Below, piece by piece: positions 17,396-29,849 of a stretch of DNA of 64,000 bases; within the stretch, counting starts at the first letter, position 1; each line of letters starts with the position of its first letter. The notes beneath the pieces are model-generated. The model was not told the DNA's origin. It searched no databases and saw nothing but the letters and a program-made list of their open reading frames with translations. The translations under genes and the position numbers were made by a program. Source of the DNA: Octopus vulgaris (lineage: Eukaryota); the NCBI GenBank assembly GCA_951406725.2, contig OX597825.1, forward strand, positions 65,906,001-65,970,000. Direction: 5' to 3'.

Positions 17396-18019
17396 TGTAT
17401 GTATGGCACTTTCTATTTAATTTTATCTTTTAATTTATCTAATAAACCGATCGATAAATTCTTTTAAATTAATTAACCCCTTCCAGCTTCCAGCTTTCTT
17501 CACCTCATATCACTTCATTTCATTTTCTTGTATATTTTACACTTATCTAACTTCATTTTTTTTTTTTGTCTTTTATAAAACTTTAAGCATCTACCTATTT
17601 ATTTATTAAATCAGTGAAACCCAATACATATCAGCTTATTATATTCGTTTTACTTTACGATCAGCTATCGTTCTTGTTTTTTTTTTCTGTCCTTTCTTGT
17701 TTCTTAATACCCAAAATTATTTTAAAATTTGCCTAAACATCCATTTATTAGCTCTTTGCCTAAGATTTCCATAACATTTTAATGCAGTTAATTACTTCCT
17801 TAACCAAACACTTTGCTTTAATTGGAACTCGGTAAACAGAAAATTCTAAGCAAAACGTTATGTCCTCGTTGTGTTATTAATTTCCCACATAAGACTTCAG
17901 ATATTACTGCTTCATTATCATTTGTAATTCGGTTATTAAATACTAAACTTAGCTCCGATACACCCAAATTTCATAATAATTCTAATTTGGTTACGAAGAC
18001 ATTTTTTTAATCTTTTATG

Positions 18020-18440
18020 TTTTGCTTGCTTTAGCCTATGTACAGAGGCCATGCTTAGGCACTGCTTTGAAGGCTTTTTTGGCGAACAAATCCACCCAGT
18101 ACATGTTTTTAGAACCTGGTAATCATTCTATCGATCTCTTATACCAAGTCCCTACGTTTTCGGGGACGTAAAGAAACCAACGCCAGTCGTCAAGCGAGGG
18201 TGGGGACAAACACTAATACAAATACACAAACAGACACACAAACACAAACACACACACACACACACATATACGTCAGCTTCTTTCAATTTTCGTCTACTGG
18301 ATCCACCCATTAGTATTTAGTCGGATCGGCTCGTGGCTATATTAGAAGACACTTGCCCAGGTGCCGTGCAAAGGAACTGAACTCGAATCCATGTGATTGA
18401 GAAGCAAACTTCTAACCACATTATCATGCTTATGCCTATA
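18020..18440 (-). mobile_element. Diverged CORE-type SINE
   Basis: GGGGACGTAAAGAAACCAAC...GAAGACACTTGCCCAGGTGCC...GCAAACTTCTAACCAC. Confidence 0.75.
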
Positions 18441-18528
18441 AGCTACACCTGCACCTATAAGCTACAACTGCCCTTTTTTTTCAGTCTCTAGATAACTTTA
18501 CCTATGGTCTAAAAAAACACATCTATTT

Positions 18529-18570
18529 GTCACTGAGGAGGCCAAACTAAGTCAAAACATGGAGTCTGAC
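18529..18570 (+). ncRNA. Type I hammerhead ribozyme motif with a G12A substitution
   Basis: GTCA|CTGAGGA|GGC-caaactaa-GTC|AAAA|C-atgga-GT|C|TGAC: stem I GUCA/UGAC, 3-bp stem II, GUC cleavage triplet. Confidence 0.6.
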
Positions 18571-18747
18571 CATCCACTCACGTTCTGAGCAAAGTTCCGA
18601 GTTTATAGCACAAAGTTTCTCTGAGACTTTTTTTTCTGAGACAAGCTATTATACCTACTGCCGTTTCACGTTCGTATTCATATTGCAAATGTTATACACA
18701 CTTGTACATTTATTTTTTTATAACCTGCTCATATTACCTGGGTTATA

Positions 18748-19610
18748 GGCAGTGAGCTGGCAGAATTGTTAGCACGCCGGACAAAATGCTTAACGACATT
18801 TCTTACGTGTTCAGAGTTCAAATTTCGCCGAGGCCTACTTTGCCTTTCATCCCTTTTTAGGGTCGCAAAAATATGTACCGGTTGAGCACTGTGGTCAGAA
18901 TCGTTGGCGTGCCGGATAAAATGTTTAGCGGAATTTCTTGCTCTTTGCGTTCTGACTTCAAATGCCACTGAGACCAGTATTGCTTTTCATTTTTTCAAGG
19001 TCGATGAAATAAAGTAGGTCAACTACAGGGGTCGATAGGATCGACTTGCCCCTACTTCAGTATTGCTGTCCTTGTGCGAAAATTGGGACGAGTTATTAAG
19101 CTCTTTCAGTGAGTCAGCAGAATCGTTAGATCGTTGGAAAAATACCTTGCGTTAATTCTTCTTGCCCAATTTTACCTTTCATCCATTCGGGGTCGATAAA
19201 GTAAAGTTCCAGACATGTACCGGCGTCGATAATTCCACACGTCTTAAAATTGCTGGTCTTTTCCCTAAATTTGAAATAATTATAAACCTGCTTTCAGTGA
19301 GCCCTCTATTAGCCAAACGCTTAAAATACAGAAACCGAATATGATTTATCACCCAAATTACAGTTTCCAACCGAGAATCAATCTTTACTTAGGCACAAAG
19401 CCTGAATTTTAGGGGGAAAAAGACTATTTTATTACATACCGAAAGGGTGAAAGACCCCAGGACTAAAGTGATACTTATTTCACTGACCCTGAAAGGATAA
19501 AATGCAAAACTGATCTAGGTAACATTTTGATTCAGAACACAAAACCGGAAGAAATGCAACAAAGCATTTTATCCGGCATGTTAACGATTTTTTCAGCTCA
19601 CCATCTTAAA
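18748..19610. mobile_element. Cluster of about 4 degenerate Deu/Nin-type SINE copies (three +, one -)
   Basis: Repeated heads (GAGCTGGCAGAATTGTTAGCACGCCGG; CAGAATCGTT...) with CCTTTCATCC...GGGTCGATAAA at ~18750, 18895 and 19110, and an inverted copy at 19385-19607. Confidence 0.75.
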
Positions 19611-21317
19611 GCTCTGTTTTAAATATAAAAGACAGAGCATTTCATTAAAAGGCTATCACGGTGCACACTTCTTTGATATAATATTTCCAAGTTTGAATTT
19701 TAATAAGTGCCCATCTTTAAATAGTTAAGCTACTTATACAGTTTGAAAGTTTAGAAAATAAACAAATAAATGGATAGATAAATAAATAAATAAACACACT
19801 ATAGAATAAATTAAACACGAAAGTAAGATAAAGAACATAGTAAACATCGTCTGTTTCTGAGAAAACGAAGAACTTGTATGAAATAGAAAACAACGTCTTT
19901 CAAACATAGACCTATTTCACGTTGTATTTATACAGTCCAAAATACACATCGAAGACAATGTTATATGGAACAACTTTGATCATAATTTTATTCGATCGGG
20001 ACTGACCTAAGGGTAAAAAACAACACCAACAAACAACAGAGACATCACAAAAACAAATATATCATATATTATTTTCAAACAAAGAGAAAAAATGGCGGTA
20101 ACCTACAGAGATTACTTCCTGGTTACGCTACTAAAATAAATCCAATGGAAAAATAATTGCCTTTCAAATCTTACAAATTAGTCATATTTCTTATTCTATT
20201 AATATTTTTATTTGTATTTTGTCGTTATTTTTTACTTGTTGTTCCTATTTATTTCCTATTAACCTATATCCATCCACGTTTACAGATTGTATTAAGAAAA
20301 TATTTAATGTAGATAACACATTCCTTGGCTAAAGCTACAGAAATTGTGACATCTAATAGTAAAATAATCTTATATATATATTATATATGTACATATATAT
20401 ATATATATATATATACTTACATGCATATATACATTTATACATACATATCACCCACCCTCTGTGCTCTGTGTCAGCGTGTGTGTGTTTGTGTATGTGTGTG
20501 CATACACGTGCGTGCATACACGTGTGTGCATACACGTGTGTGTCTTTGTATGTATGTATGTATGTATGTATGTATGTATGTATGTATGTATGTATGTATG
20601 TATGTATGTATGTATGTATGTATGTATGTATGTATGTATGTATGTATGTATGTATGTACGTACGTATGTATGTATGTATGTATGTATGTATGTATGTATG
20701 TATGTATGTATGTATGTATATATGTGTATGTAAACTCAAACATGACGAGGATGTTCGGCAGTTTGCTTCGCAAGCATAAAGCCTCGATTTCAATCCTACA
20801 GCTGGGCATTTTGAGCAAGTGTCTTTACTCAAAAATAGTGGTTTACTCAAGAATTCTGAATGAAATCGTGTAGAAGGAAGCTGTATCGAAACCCATCGGA
20901 TTAACTGTAATTGTAGCTAAAATTTTACAGCTTTGTCGAAGTATTTCACTGATTCTACCTAAGAATCACCTCAAGTATACAGGTTTCTGTGGAATATGCA
21001 GCCTCTTCGTCTGGTAATTCCAATAAGTTCAGTTGACCCAATCACTGGAGCCTTACACATTGAGGTCATTAGCTGCAATTCTTACAACGGTGTTTCTAGC
21101 GCTTTCTTTCACTGTTTCTGTACTTCAACTCACGGCAGAGCACGGCTTTGCGAATCCTGGTATCTTTCATGTGAATTACGCGTCCTACCAAGTATAAATG
21201 TAATTTTAGTAAGAAAGATTCGATACTGGAGAATCTTTGCGATCTACTTCACTACCTGATTACGGAAGTGGTATCGCTACGAAATGTTCATTTTAAATTA
21301 CGTAAATGACAGTGCAT

Positions 21318-21742
<425 letters not shown>

Positions 21743-21769
21743 AATATTTTTACACTTACCTAAACAGTA

Positions 21770-22620
21770 GTTTTGATAGAATATTCTGCCATCTTGTGAA
21801 AGCTATCAGATGTATTCCAAAACCGCGCAAGAAGTTGTTGAGAACAGATTTAGTAGCTCGATAAAATATTACAACGCTTGAAAATGTCACTCTTCTCTGT
21901 GTAGAAGAGTGAACCACTCTTAAACTTTAATAGCATGTTACCACCTTTAGGAAGCGTAAACCTTCTTCGGCTGACATGGAAGGCTTTCGCATTGTAAGAA
22001 TCAATAAAGACATGAATTTCGTCTTCTTCACCATCGGCCTTGATATAATAACATTTTCTTTTATAACAAGTCGACTGGTGACATGTCGTGTACTTCTTCC
22101 ATTTGAAACAGTGTGATGGTGTCTTCGTTTATTGGATAACAGCCGTTGTATCTTCGCGTCATTTTCATCAAATTTTTTAGCATTCTTGTGGTTGGAAAAA
22201 CCGAATGAGACCGCGGCTGTTTTGTAGATTCTTAAGAAAATTGTACGTGTTACATTTAAGAACGTTCATGCAACTTGTGCGCATGATACTTAAAACACTG
22301 ATGGAGTGTCGAGCGGAGAATACTATTCTCATTCAGTTCAAGTGTACGTTGTACCTCAAGAATTTTCAGTTTCCTTGCATCCAACTTTTGAATACCAACA
22401 GACAGGATTCTGCCAACTTTCTTTCTCCCCAGTCTCAGACAATTTTCAAGCGGTTCGACTTAACATTGCTGAAGATGAACGTCTTTTCATTCCAGTTGAC
22501 ATTTCTGTTGTCCAAATTGCAGATTCCTGACTCCGAGCTTCTCAGTTCTGCTGCCCTCATCATTTATCTGTCGCTCACTCAGTCTTCCCCTCTAATTGCG
22601 CTATGATTTTCGCTCTTCTT
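21770..22620 (-). mobile_element. Decayed RTE-clade LINE ORF fragment (endonuclease-RT linker)
   Basis: Minus-strand pieces FDENDAKIQRLLSNKR (RTE WFDEND motif), TAAVSFGF, DSYNAKAFH; many frameshifts. Confidence 0.6.
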
Positions 22621-22759
22621 TGACGTGTCTATATATGTGCTAGCAGACACAGACACCCACTTGAATCTCACATGCTTCACTTAGCAGAACATTGAATACG
22701 TCAAAATTCGACGGAGAAGCGACTGCAAGAGATGGTGCTTAAAAGCTGAGTAAAAGAAA

Positions 22760-23337
22760 GTACAGGAAGATCAGTCAATTATGATTATATGACACAATCA
22801 AGGAGATCTTGTACAACTGAAACCCGAGTGTCTTTCTGGTCAGCTGAAAGCAGTTTTGCACAAACTTGGCAGACATGAATCTCATACCCAAATCTTCAGT
22901 GATAATGGACTGAACTGAGCCGTAACTATTCTACGCATATTCTGATAACTCACGGATGGTGATACGACGATTTCCCCTCACAGCTGCACTCACATCTGCG
23001 ACGTTTTTCTCAGTTCTCCTGGTTGCGGCTATCTTGGAAGCATCTGAACCCTCGTACACTTGTGTGCTGCTCATACACCCCACTCCATACACTTTCTGCA
23101 ACTTTACGTAGTCCTCTGAGCAGGTATCGCCATGACAGCTTTCTTTGTCATGGTCAATGCGAATATCACAAGCTACACACGTTCCTTCCAAGCATTGCAG
23201 AATTGAGCTAGAAAGTTAAAACTTAGTGTGCATGCATAGCAGTATTCACGGTCAATCTTGACCAGGTGGCTTCATTCTGCATGCTCTAGCTTTGTTACTT
23301 TGGCAACAATCTCGATACTTATTGATCAGACCTCGTA
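22760..23337 (-). mobile_element. mariner remnant (5' TIR + HTH region)
   Basis: TIR-like TACGAGGTCTGATCAATAAGTATC at 23337; peptide KLQKVYGVGCMSSTQVYE...TEKNVADVSAAVRGNRRITIRELSE. Confidence 0.8.
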
Positions 23338-23365
23338 TAAATAAAAGAATATATATATAAAATAT

Positions 23366-23418
<53 letters not shown>

Positions 23419-23577
23419 TATATACATATATATACACATGTGTATGTATGTATGTATATATGTATAAGAACATATATATGTATAGAGATACATGCCTGTG
23501 TATAATTGCTTTCATATGAATATATACGTGTGTGTGTGCATGTGTGTATGCGTGTATGCATATGTGTGCGTGTATGT

Positions 23578-23629
<52 letters not shown>

Positions 23630-24225
23630 GTGTCTGTATACGTGTGTGTATTCATGTGTACACCTATGCATAGTTTCAGTGACTTCTTGACCGCCATACA
23701 GAAACATTTCCTCAAAGACAACCCCCTTTGGCACTTTAGCAGATCACTTCTAGCATAAAATGTCTCTTTGGCGTGTATTATTTTAGGCGCTTCAAAGAAA
23801 ATCTCTATTCTATTTATTCTATTTATTTTCTTTTTCACAGGAGTGGGTGGCCATATAAGATATATCATACTAGCGTATTTTGATTCCTTTATTCAATTTA
23901 TCAAACAAAAATGGCGAACAGATATATATACCGATTCTGTTGGGTTTTTGCTTTGTATTTGTTTTGTTTTGTTGTTTCTTTTTTGATTTTTATCATTTTT
24001 TTTTTCGTATAAAGGAAAAAGAAAAAGTGCAGAATGCGTATTGAACTAATAAGATGATTTTTATGGGCATTAACAACGTCTGTGACATTATTTCTCCGAT
24101 TCGCGTTTAATGTCAACCTTGTGAGGCGTTTATTTATGCGTGGATTTGTTACAGCAACATTAATTTGGCGTGTAGCGTCGGAGTGACATCTGCTGATAAC
24201 GTCAACATTTATTTCTGTGTCTGTA

Positions 24226-24300
<75 letters not shown>

Positions 24301-24595
24301 AGATGGATAGATAGTTAGATAGATAGATAAATGTATACGTATATATACATATATATAGATATAGATATAGATATACAGACAGACAGATATACGTACGTAT
24401 ATCTAAAAACGTATTCATACATCTATTCATATTTACGTATGCATATTTTATATGTATACATAATATAAACACATATATACATATACATATATATAAACAT
24501 ATATGTACATGCGTATACACATAGATATATATGTGTGTACATGTGTGTGTATATGGATATATATGTATATCTGCCTAAGTGTGTATGTTGCGTGT

Positions 24596-24660
<65 letters not shown>

Positions 24661-24994
24661 CATCTGTGTATCATACTAAATGTGTATACACAGATAGATA
24701 CATACATGCATGCATACATACATTCATACATACGTACACCCATACATACATGCATGCATACATACATACATACATACATACATACATACATACATACATA
24801 CATACATACATACATACATACGTATGTACTATGTATGTATTAAATAATTGTTCAGTTTGTATGTAAGTCATTGGTCATACATTCATACGTACATACATGT
24901 ATATATATAATAAATTAATAAATAAAATATATGCATATATACATACATATATGTACGTACCTACCTCTACATGTATATATACATACATATATGG

Positions 24995-25282
24995 GTACAG
25001 GACACCAAAAAAACGCCGAACACAATGAGAAACGAAAACATAAACACAAAACCAGGGAACTGGACATTATTCTTAAACAACGAAAAAATAGAGTACAGGA
25101 CAAATAACACAAGGAAAATTCTCCTTCTTCAGTCGCCATGGTTTCATCTACTCTGCGTTTTCGAAGGTGAAGGCGATACGCATCTTCGATAGGAACTTTC
25201 CTTCCCGCGAAAAGGAAATTAAATAAAATTTCAGATATTTTTGCGGAGGGGTAAAAATGGTAACAAAAACAGGACAGTAACG
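24995..25282 (-). mobile_element. Microsatellite-embedded short repeat (Penelope pLTR-like) containing a candidate rearranged hammerhead
   Basis: ~290-bp complex island between (TA/CA) tracts. HHR core strands at 25121-25182. A weakly similar end fragment lies at 35105-35217. Confidence 0.45.
25121..25182 (-). ncRNA. Candidate non-circularly permuted hammerhead ribozyme
   Basis: TGCGT|A|TCGCC|ttcac|CTTC|GAAA|ACGCA|16 nt|GGCGA|CTGAAGA|A|GGAG: all three stems pair, but strand order is NUH, GAAA, CUGANGA. Confidence 0.45.
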
Positions 25283-25735
25283 ACACACGTATATGTGTAT
25301 ATGTGTGTATAGCGGCATATGTATAAAATGTTAGGCTTAACGAAAGGCGTAAACGCATTGTTCTACTTCGGATTTGTGGTGAGTTATATTGTCATTTTCT
25401 TGTACCAGAATTATAACTGCATCGCACTTCAGAACTTGCACTTTTCTCTGTATCTCTCACAACATAAGTAGTTTTCACTTACTTTTACCTATATTGAATT
25501 AAACTTTGAATGATGTTCTTCAAGATCTTCCAGAAATCTTTCCTAAATCACATCCTATTGTCTTTTTACAAACGTAACATTAAATGATGAAGATGTTGAC
25601 AGACAAAATGATTGGAGTTTCACTGATGGAAATTCTTTGATGAGCGTTCTGTACAGGGCCGATCTGAAACTAAGTAAACAATAGCTACAACATTTTTTGG
25701 AAACTATGAAAATGACTCAATATTTAGGTACTATA

Positions 25736-26190
25736 AGGCGGCGAGCTGGCGGATCGATAGCACGGCAGGCAAGGCTCTTAGTGGAATTTCGCCTATCTTT
25801 GGTCTGTGTTCAAATTCCGCCAAAGCCAGTTTTGTCTTTTATCATTTCGTGGTTGATAAAACAAGTACCAGTTCAACACTGGAGTCGATGTAATTGACTT
25901 ACCCCTCCCCCGAAATTGCTGGCCTTGTGCCAAAATTTGAAATAAATATTTAGGTAATATAGGAAGATGACAAGCAAGTAGAATCATTATTAGCACATCA
26001 GTCATAATGCTTAGCGGCATTTCGTCCGTCTTTACGTTCTGGGTTCAAATTCCGCTGAGGTAGACTTTGTCCTTCATCCTTTCGGGATCAATAAAATAGG
26101 TTACCAGTTCCACATTGAGCCAATATAATCGATTCATTCCCTTCCTCCCTTCCAAACTGCTGGCCTTGTGCCAAAACTTGAAATCAATAT
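25736..26190 (+). mobile_element. Two tandem Deu/Nin-type SINEs, tail B
   Basis: Head AAGGCGGCGAGCTGGC at 25735 and a second at ~25966; both end GCTGGCCTTGTGCCAAAA(T/C)TTGAAAT. Confidence 0.8.
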
Positions 26191-26224
26191 TTCATAGTGC
26201 TTTGTTAACATTTTAGCTAATATT

Positions 26225-26282
26225 TCAGCCGACCAAAGCCTGGTGAGTAGATTGGTAAAAGGGAAACTAAAAGAAGCTCGTC

Positions 26283-26355
<73 letters not shown>

Positions 26356-26580
26356 TGTATGTATGTATGTATATATGTATGTATGTATGTATGTATATGT
26401 GTGTTTGTGCGTCTGTGTTTGTCCCCACGACCATCGATTGACAATTGATGCTGGTGTGTTTACATCCCCGTAACTCAGCAGTTCGACAAAAGATACCGAT
26501 AGTATAACTACTAGGCATACAAACCAATAAGTCCTGGGGTCGATTTGTTCGACTAAATGCGGTGCTCCAGCATGGCAGCA
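26225..26580 (+). mobile_element. CORE-type SINE (5'-truncated)
   Basis: GCCGACCAAAGCC...GTCCTGGGGTCGATTTGTTCGACTAAATGCGGTGCTCCAGCATGGC. Confidence 0.8.
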
Positions 26581-26669
26581 GTAGATATTGTTGATAGAGC
26601 ACCTGATGCTCTATCTACAATATCTACAAGATATTAGCCGTGAATAGTATAACGTGTATATCCCTGACA

Positions 26670-26945
26670 ACATGAAGGCGGTGGAGGGCAGTCATTGCTC
26701 AGTGCTTTTCTACCGCTCTACAACAGGGACACCAAACGAGAGATTTGAAAAGAAGCATGACAGTGCAAACACGTGAATGATTCGTGCAGTTCTCAATCTA
26801 TCTTAGCAGCTAGCAACATGCTGCATAACAGCGACTGCATGGCACTATTCCAAACATCACCAAGGAAATCAGAGAAAGAAGAACAAGTTAAGCTCGACAC
26901 AACTGGAGAAACAAGGAAGAAATCTCCAGTGATCTCCTTCGCTAG
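26670..26945 (+). mobile_element. Decayed RTE-group LINE RT C-terminal fragment
   Basis: MIRAVLNLS...LHGTIPNITKEIRERRT..ARHNWRNKEEISSDLL resembles the RTE post-RT region. Confidence 0.6.
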
Positions 26946-27029
26946 AAACTAGAAACATATGCATGGATACACACACGCACGCACACGCACAAACACATAC
27001 ACACACACACACATGTATGTATCTATGTA

Positions 27030-27082
<53 letters not shown>

Positions 27083-27083
27083 T

Positions 27084-27169
<86 letters not shown>

Positions 27170-27644
27170 GGCGCAGGAGTGGCTGTGTGAGTAGCTTACT
27201 TACCGACCACATGGTTTCAGGTTCATTCCCACTGCGAGGCACCTTGGGTAAGTGTTTTCTACTATAGACTCGACATCCTGACATTTTGTATAATTAGAGG
27301 TTACAAAGATGGTGCTCCAGCATGGCCGCAGTAGATATTGTAAATAGAGCACCTGATGTCTAAGATATATTATGGCTGTATTAGAAAGGAGATTTTCACT
27401 GCTGCTAATAAATTTGCTCAGTCAGAGCTGACCCTGGTCGAAACAACAGCAACTCCAATCTGCTACTTTCATTCGAACTTGGGTACAGGGCTCTTCTGCT
27501 ACCAGAACATGAACTCTATATATTCCAGTTTTGTTTGAATTGGATGCTATACGAGATATAACCCATTGTGGCTGTTATCCGTCGAAAGCTACACCAAATT
27601 AGACCTTGAGTAACCAAGACTACATTTAACTCCATCTATCTCGA

Positions 27645-27690
27645 TCTTACAGCTGTTTCTGAGATATTAGGGATATCCCTTCATCAGAGA
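27645..27690 (-). ncRNA. Type I hammerhead ribozyme motif
   Basis: TCT|CTGATGA|A-GGGATAT-cccta-ATATCTC-A|GAA|ACAGCTGT|A|AGA: intact core, 7-bp stem II, palindromic stem III, GUA triplet. Confidence 0.7.
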
Positions 27691-27838
27691 CTATGTGAGA
27701 TGGTTAAATAGAGGGAAATAGTAGAGTTCAATATAAGCAGTTATTTTGGAAAAGGATGGAAACAAGAAGTATAGAGGGAATTAAGAGAATAAGTAAAAAT
27801 AAAAGTATATGTAAAATAAAAATATATGTATAGTTATA

Positions 27839-28262
27839 GGCGCAAGAGTGGCTGTGTGATAAGTAGCTTGCTAACCAGCCACATGGTTCTGGGTTCAGTC
27901 CCACTGCGTGGCACCTTGGGCAAGTGTCTTCTACTATAGCTCCGGGCCGACCAATGCCTTGTGAGTGGATTTGGTAGACGGAAACTGAAAGAAGCCCGTC
28001 GTATATATGTATATATATATATGTGTGTGTACGTGTATGTTTGTGTGTCTGTGTTTGTCCCCCTAGCATTGCTTGACAACCGATGCTAGTGTGTTTACGT
28101 CCCCGTCACTTAGCGTTTCGGCAAAAGAGACCGATAGAATAAGTACTGGGCATACAAAAGAATAAGTCCCAGGGTCGAGTTGCTCGACCAAAGGCGGTGC
28201 TCCAGCATGGCCGCAGTCAAATGACTGAAACAAGTAAAAGAGTAAAAAAGAGAGTAAAGAGT
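27839..28262 (+). mobile_element. CORE-type SINE, full length
   Basis: tRNA-like head (GGGTTCAGTCCC B box), CORE-like GGCACCTTGGGCAAGTG, central (TA)(TG) tract, tail GGCGGTGCTCCAGCATGGCCGCAGTCAAATGACTGAAAC(AGTAAA)n. Confidence 0.92.
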
Positions 28263-29027
28263 AGCTGCAGTTCCATTATCCAAGGAATATATACATAGCA
28301 ACTAATTCCTCCCAAGCAATACCTACCGCCTTAAAACACAGAAGACCAACTTTGAAAGTGCACATAAAAAGCCGAATGAAATACTTCCAGCCATGGTTCT
28401 TTTCGCCTTGGCAGAAGTAGCGACCATATCTGCAAAATCAAATCCAACTGTCGTCAAAATGAAGGACATTTTGGACAACGTAATCGTAGACAGACAAAAA
28501 GAAAATGGGAAGGTCACTCGCCGGAGCATAGACGTACACGGTGACCTAGCGCTGTTTGACCTAGAGCTAAAGAAAATAACAACAAAAGCGGCAAATGTTT
28601 AGAAATTCATATTTCCTTTTCTTCGATATTAATGTTTCGCTCAAAGAACCGATTCTTCTGAACGTTCATAAAACGGTGTCTTAGAGATGGAGCTTATACA
28701 TCGTCCATTCAGACCAAGTGGCGGCATTCAGACCTTCCATTTCATTCCGTTTCAATAGAAGCAGAATAAGATTTTATTTAATATTGGAATCTTTAGAGAA
28801 CAAACAAAAATTCTGAACACTAACGATGCAGTACAATGATCTTCAGTAGAAGAATTTAACATTAATAAACCTAAAACAGAGAGGTGCATTATATAGGAGT
28901 GTGTGCTTGTGTGTGATTGAGTGTGGCTACGACCGTATCTTTGAGTCTGTATGCATATGTGTGTGTGTGTATTTGCATTTGTGAACATGGTGTTGTTGTT
29001 GTTGCTACTGCTGCCGTATATATACTC

Positions 29028-29058
<31 letters not shown>

Positions 29059-29118
29059 CATATATATATACATATATATATATATATGTGTGTATATATA
29101 TATACATATATATATATT

Positions 29119-29183
<65 letters not shown>

Positions 29184-29358
29184 AATATATATATATATGA
29201 TGGAGAAATTATGCAAAATGTATAAGCAGATGATGAATAAAGCACCGGGACAGTTTCGATTACCTGTTGTTATCCGTTAATCTATTGTAGGAACTTCGTA
29301 GTGGCGGTTGAGGTAATGTATTATTAAAATAGATGGAATGAGTAAAAGATTTTATTTA

Positions 29359-29400
29359 TTACGACACATGTTTCGATCCGTTATGGGTCTCTTCGGGTAC
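29359..29400 (-). ncRNA. Type I hammerhead ribozyme motif with a U4C substitution
   Basis: TAC|CCGAAGA|GACCC-ataac-GGATC|GAAA|CATGTGT|C|GTA; GUC triplet. Confidence 0.62.
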
Positions 29401-29849
29401 ATAAAAAAAAATAGAGAGAGAGAGAGAGAAAGTGAGAGACAGAGAAGAGAGAGAGGGGGTAGACAGACAGGCAGATAGATATGTAGAAAGATTTATGACT
29501 GTGTAACAGGAATTTGAACCGACAGTATTAACAAACCAACAATTGGAAAAGTTACTTGATTCGAGTAGAAGATCACCATGTGTATGGAGGGGTGTCTATG
29601 TGTGTGTATCTATATATGAAAAAAAAACAGAATTAAAAGCCCTTCCTGTGCTCTACACTCATAAGGCCGGTTTCCCGGATTCTGTGAAGTGTATATTCCT
29701 CCGCAACCTATGGACAGGACGTGGATCCGTCGTAGTGGGAATAATTTTGTCAATGGGGGCAACGTGAAGTAAAGTATTTTTTTCAAGAACACAAACCTTC
29801 TAGGATCACGCTATCTAATATTTTCGGGGTTGATATTGAATCAATGAAA

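Noticed and set aside
20925-21290. Two possible HHR relics (GATTCT/AGAATC hairpin; CTGATTA...CGAAATGTTC)
   Set aside because: Too many core changes and no stem I.
28270-28602. Short ORFs on both strands, possibly a LINE endonuclease relic or an exon
   Set aside because: No recognisable motif or clear splice signals.
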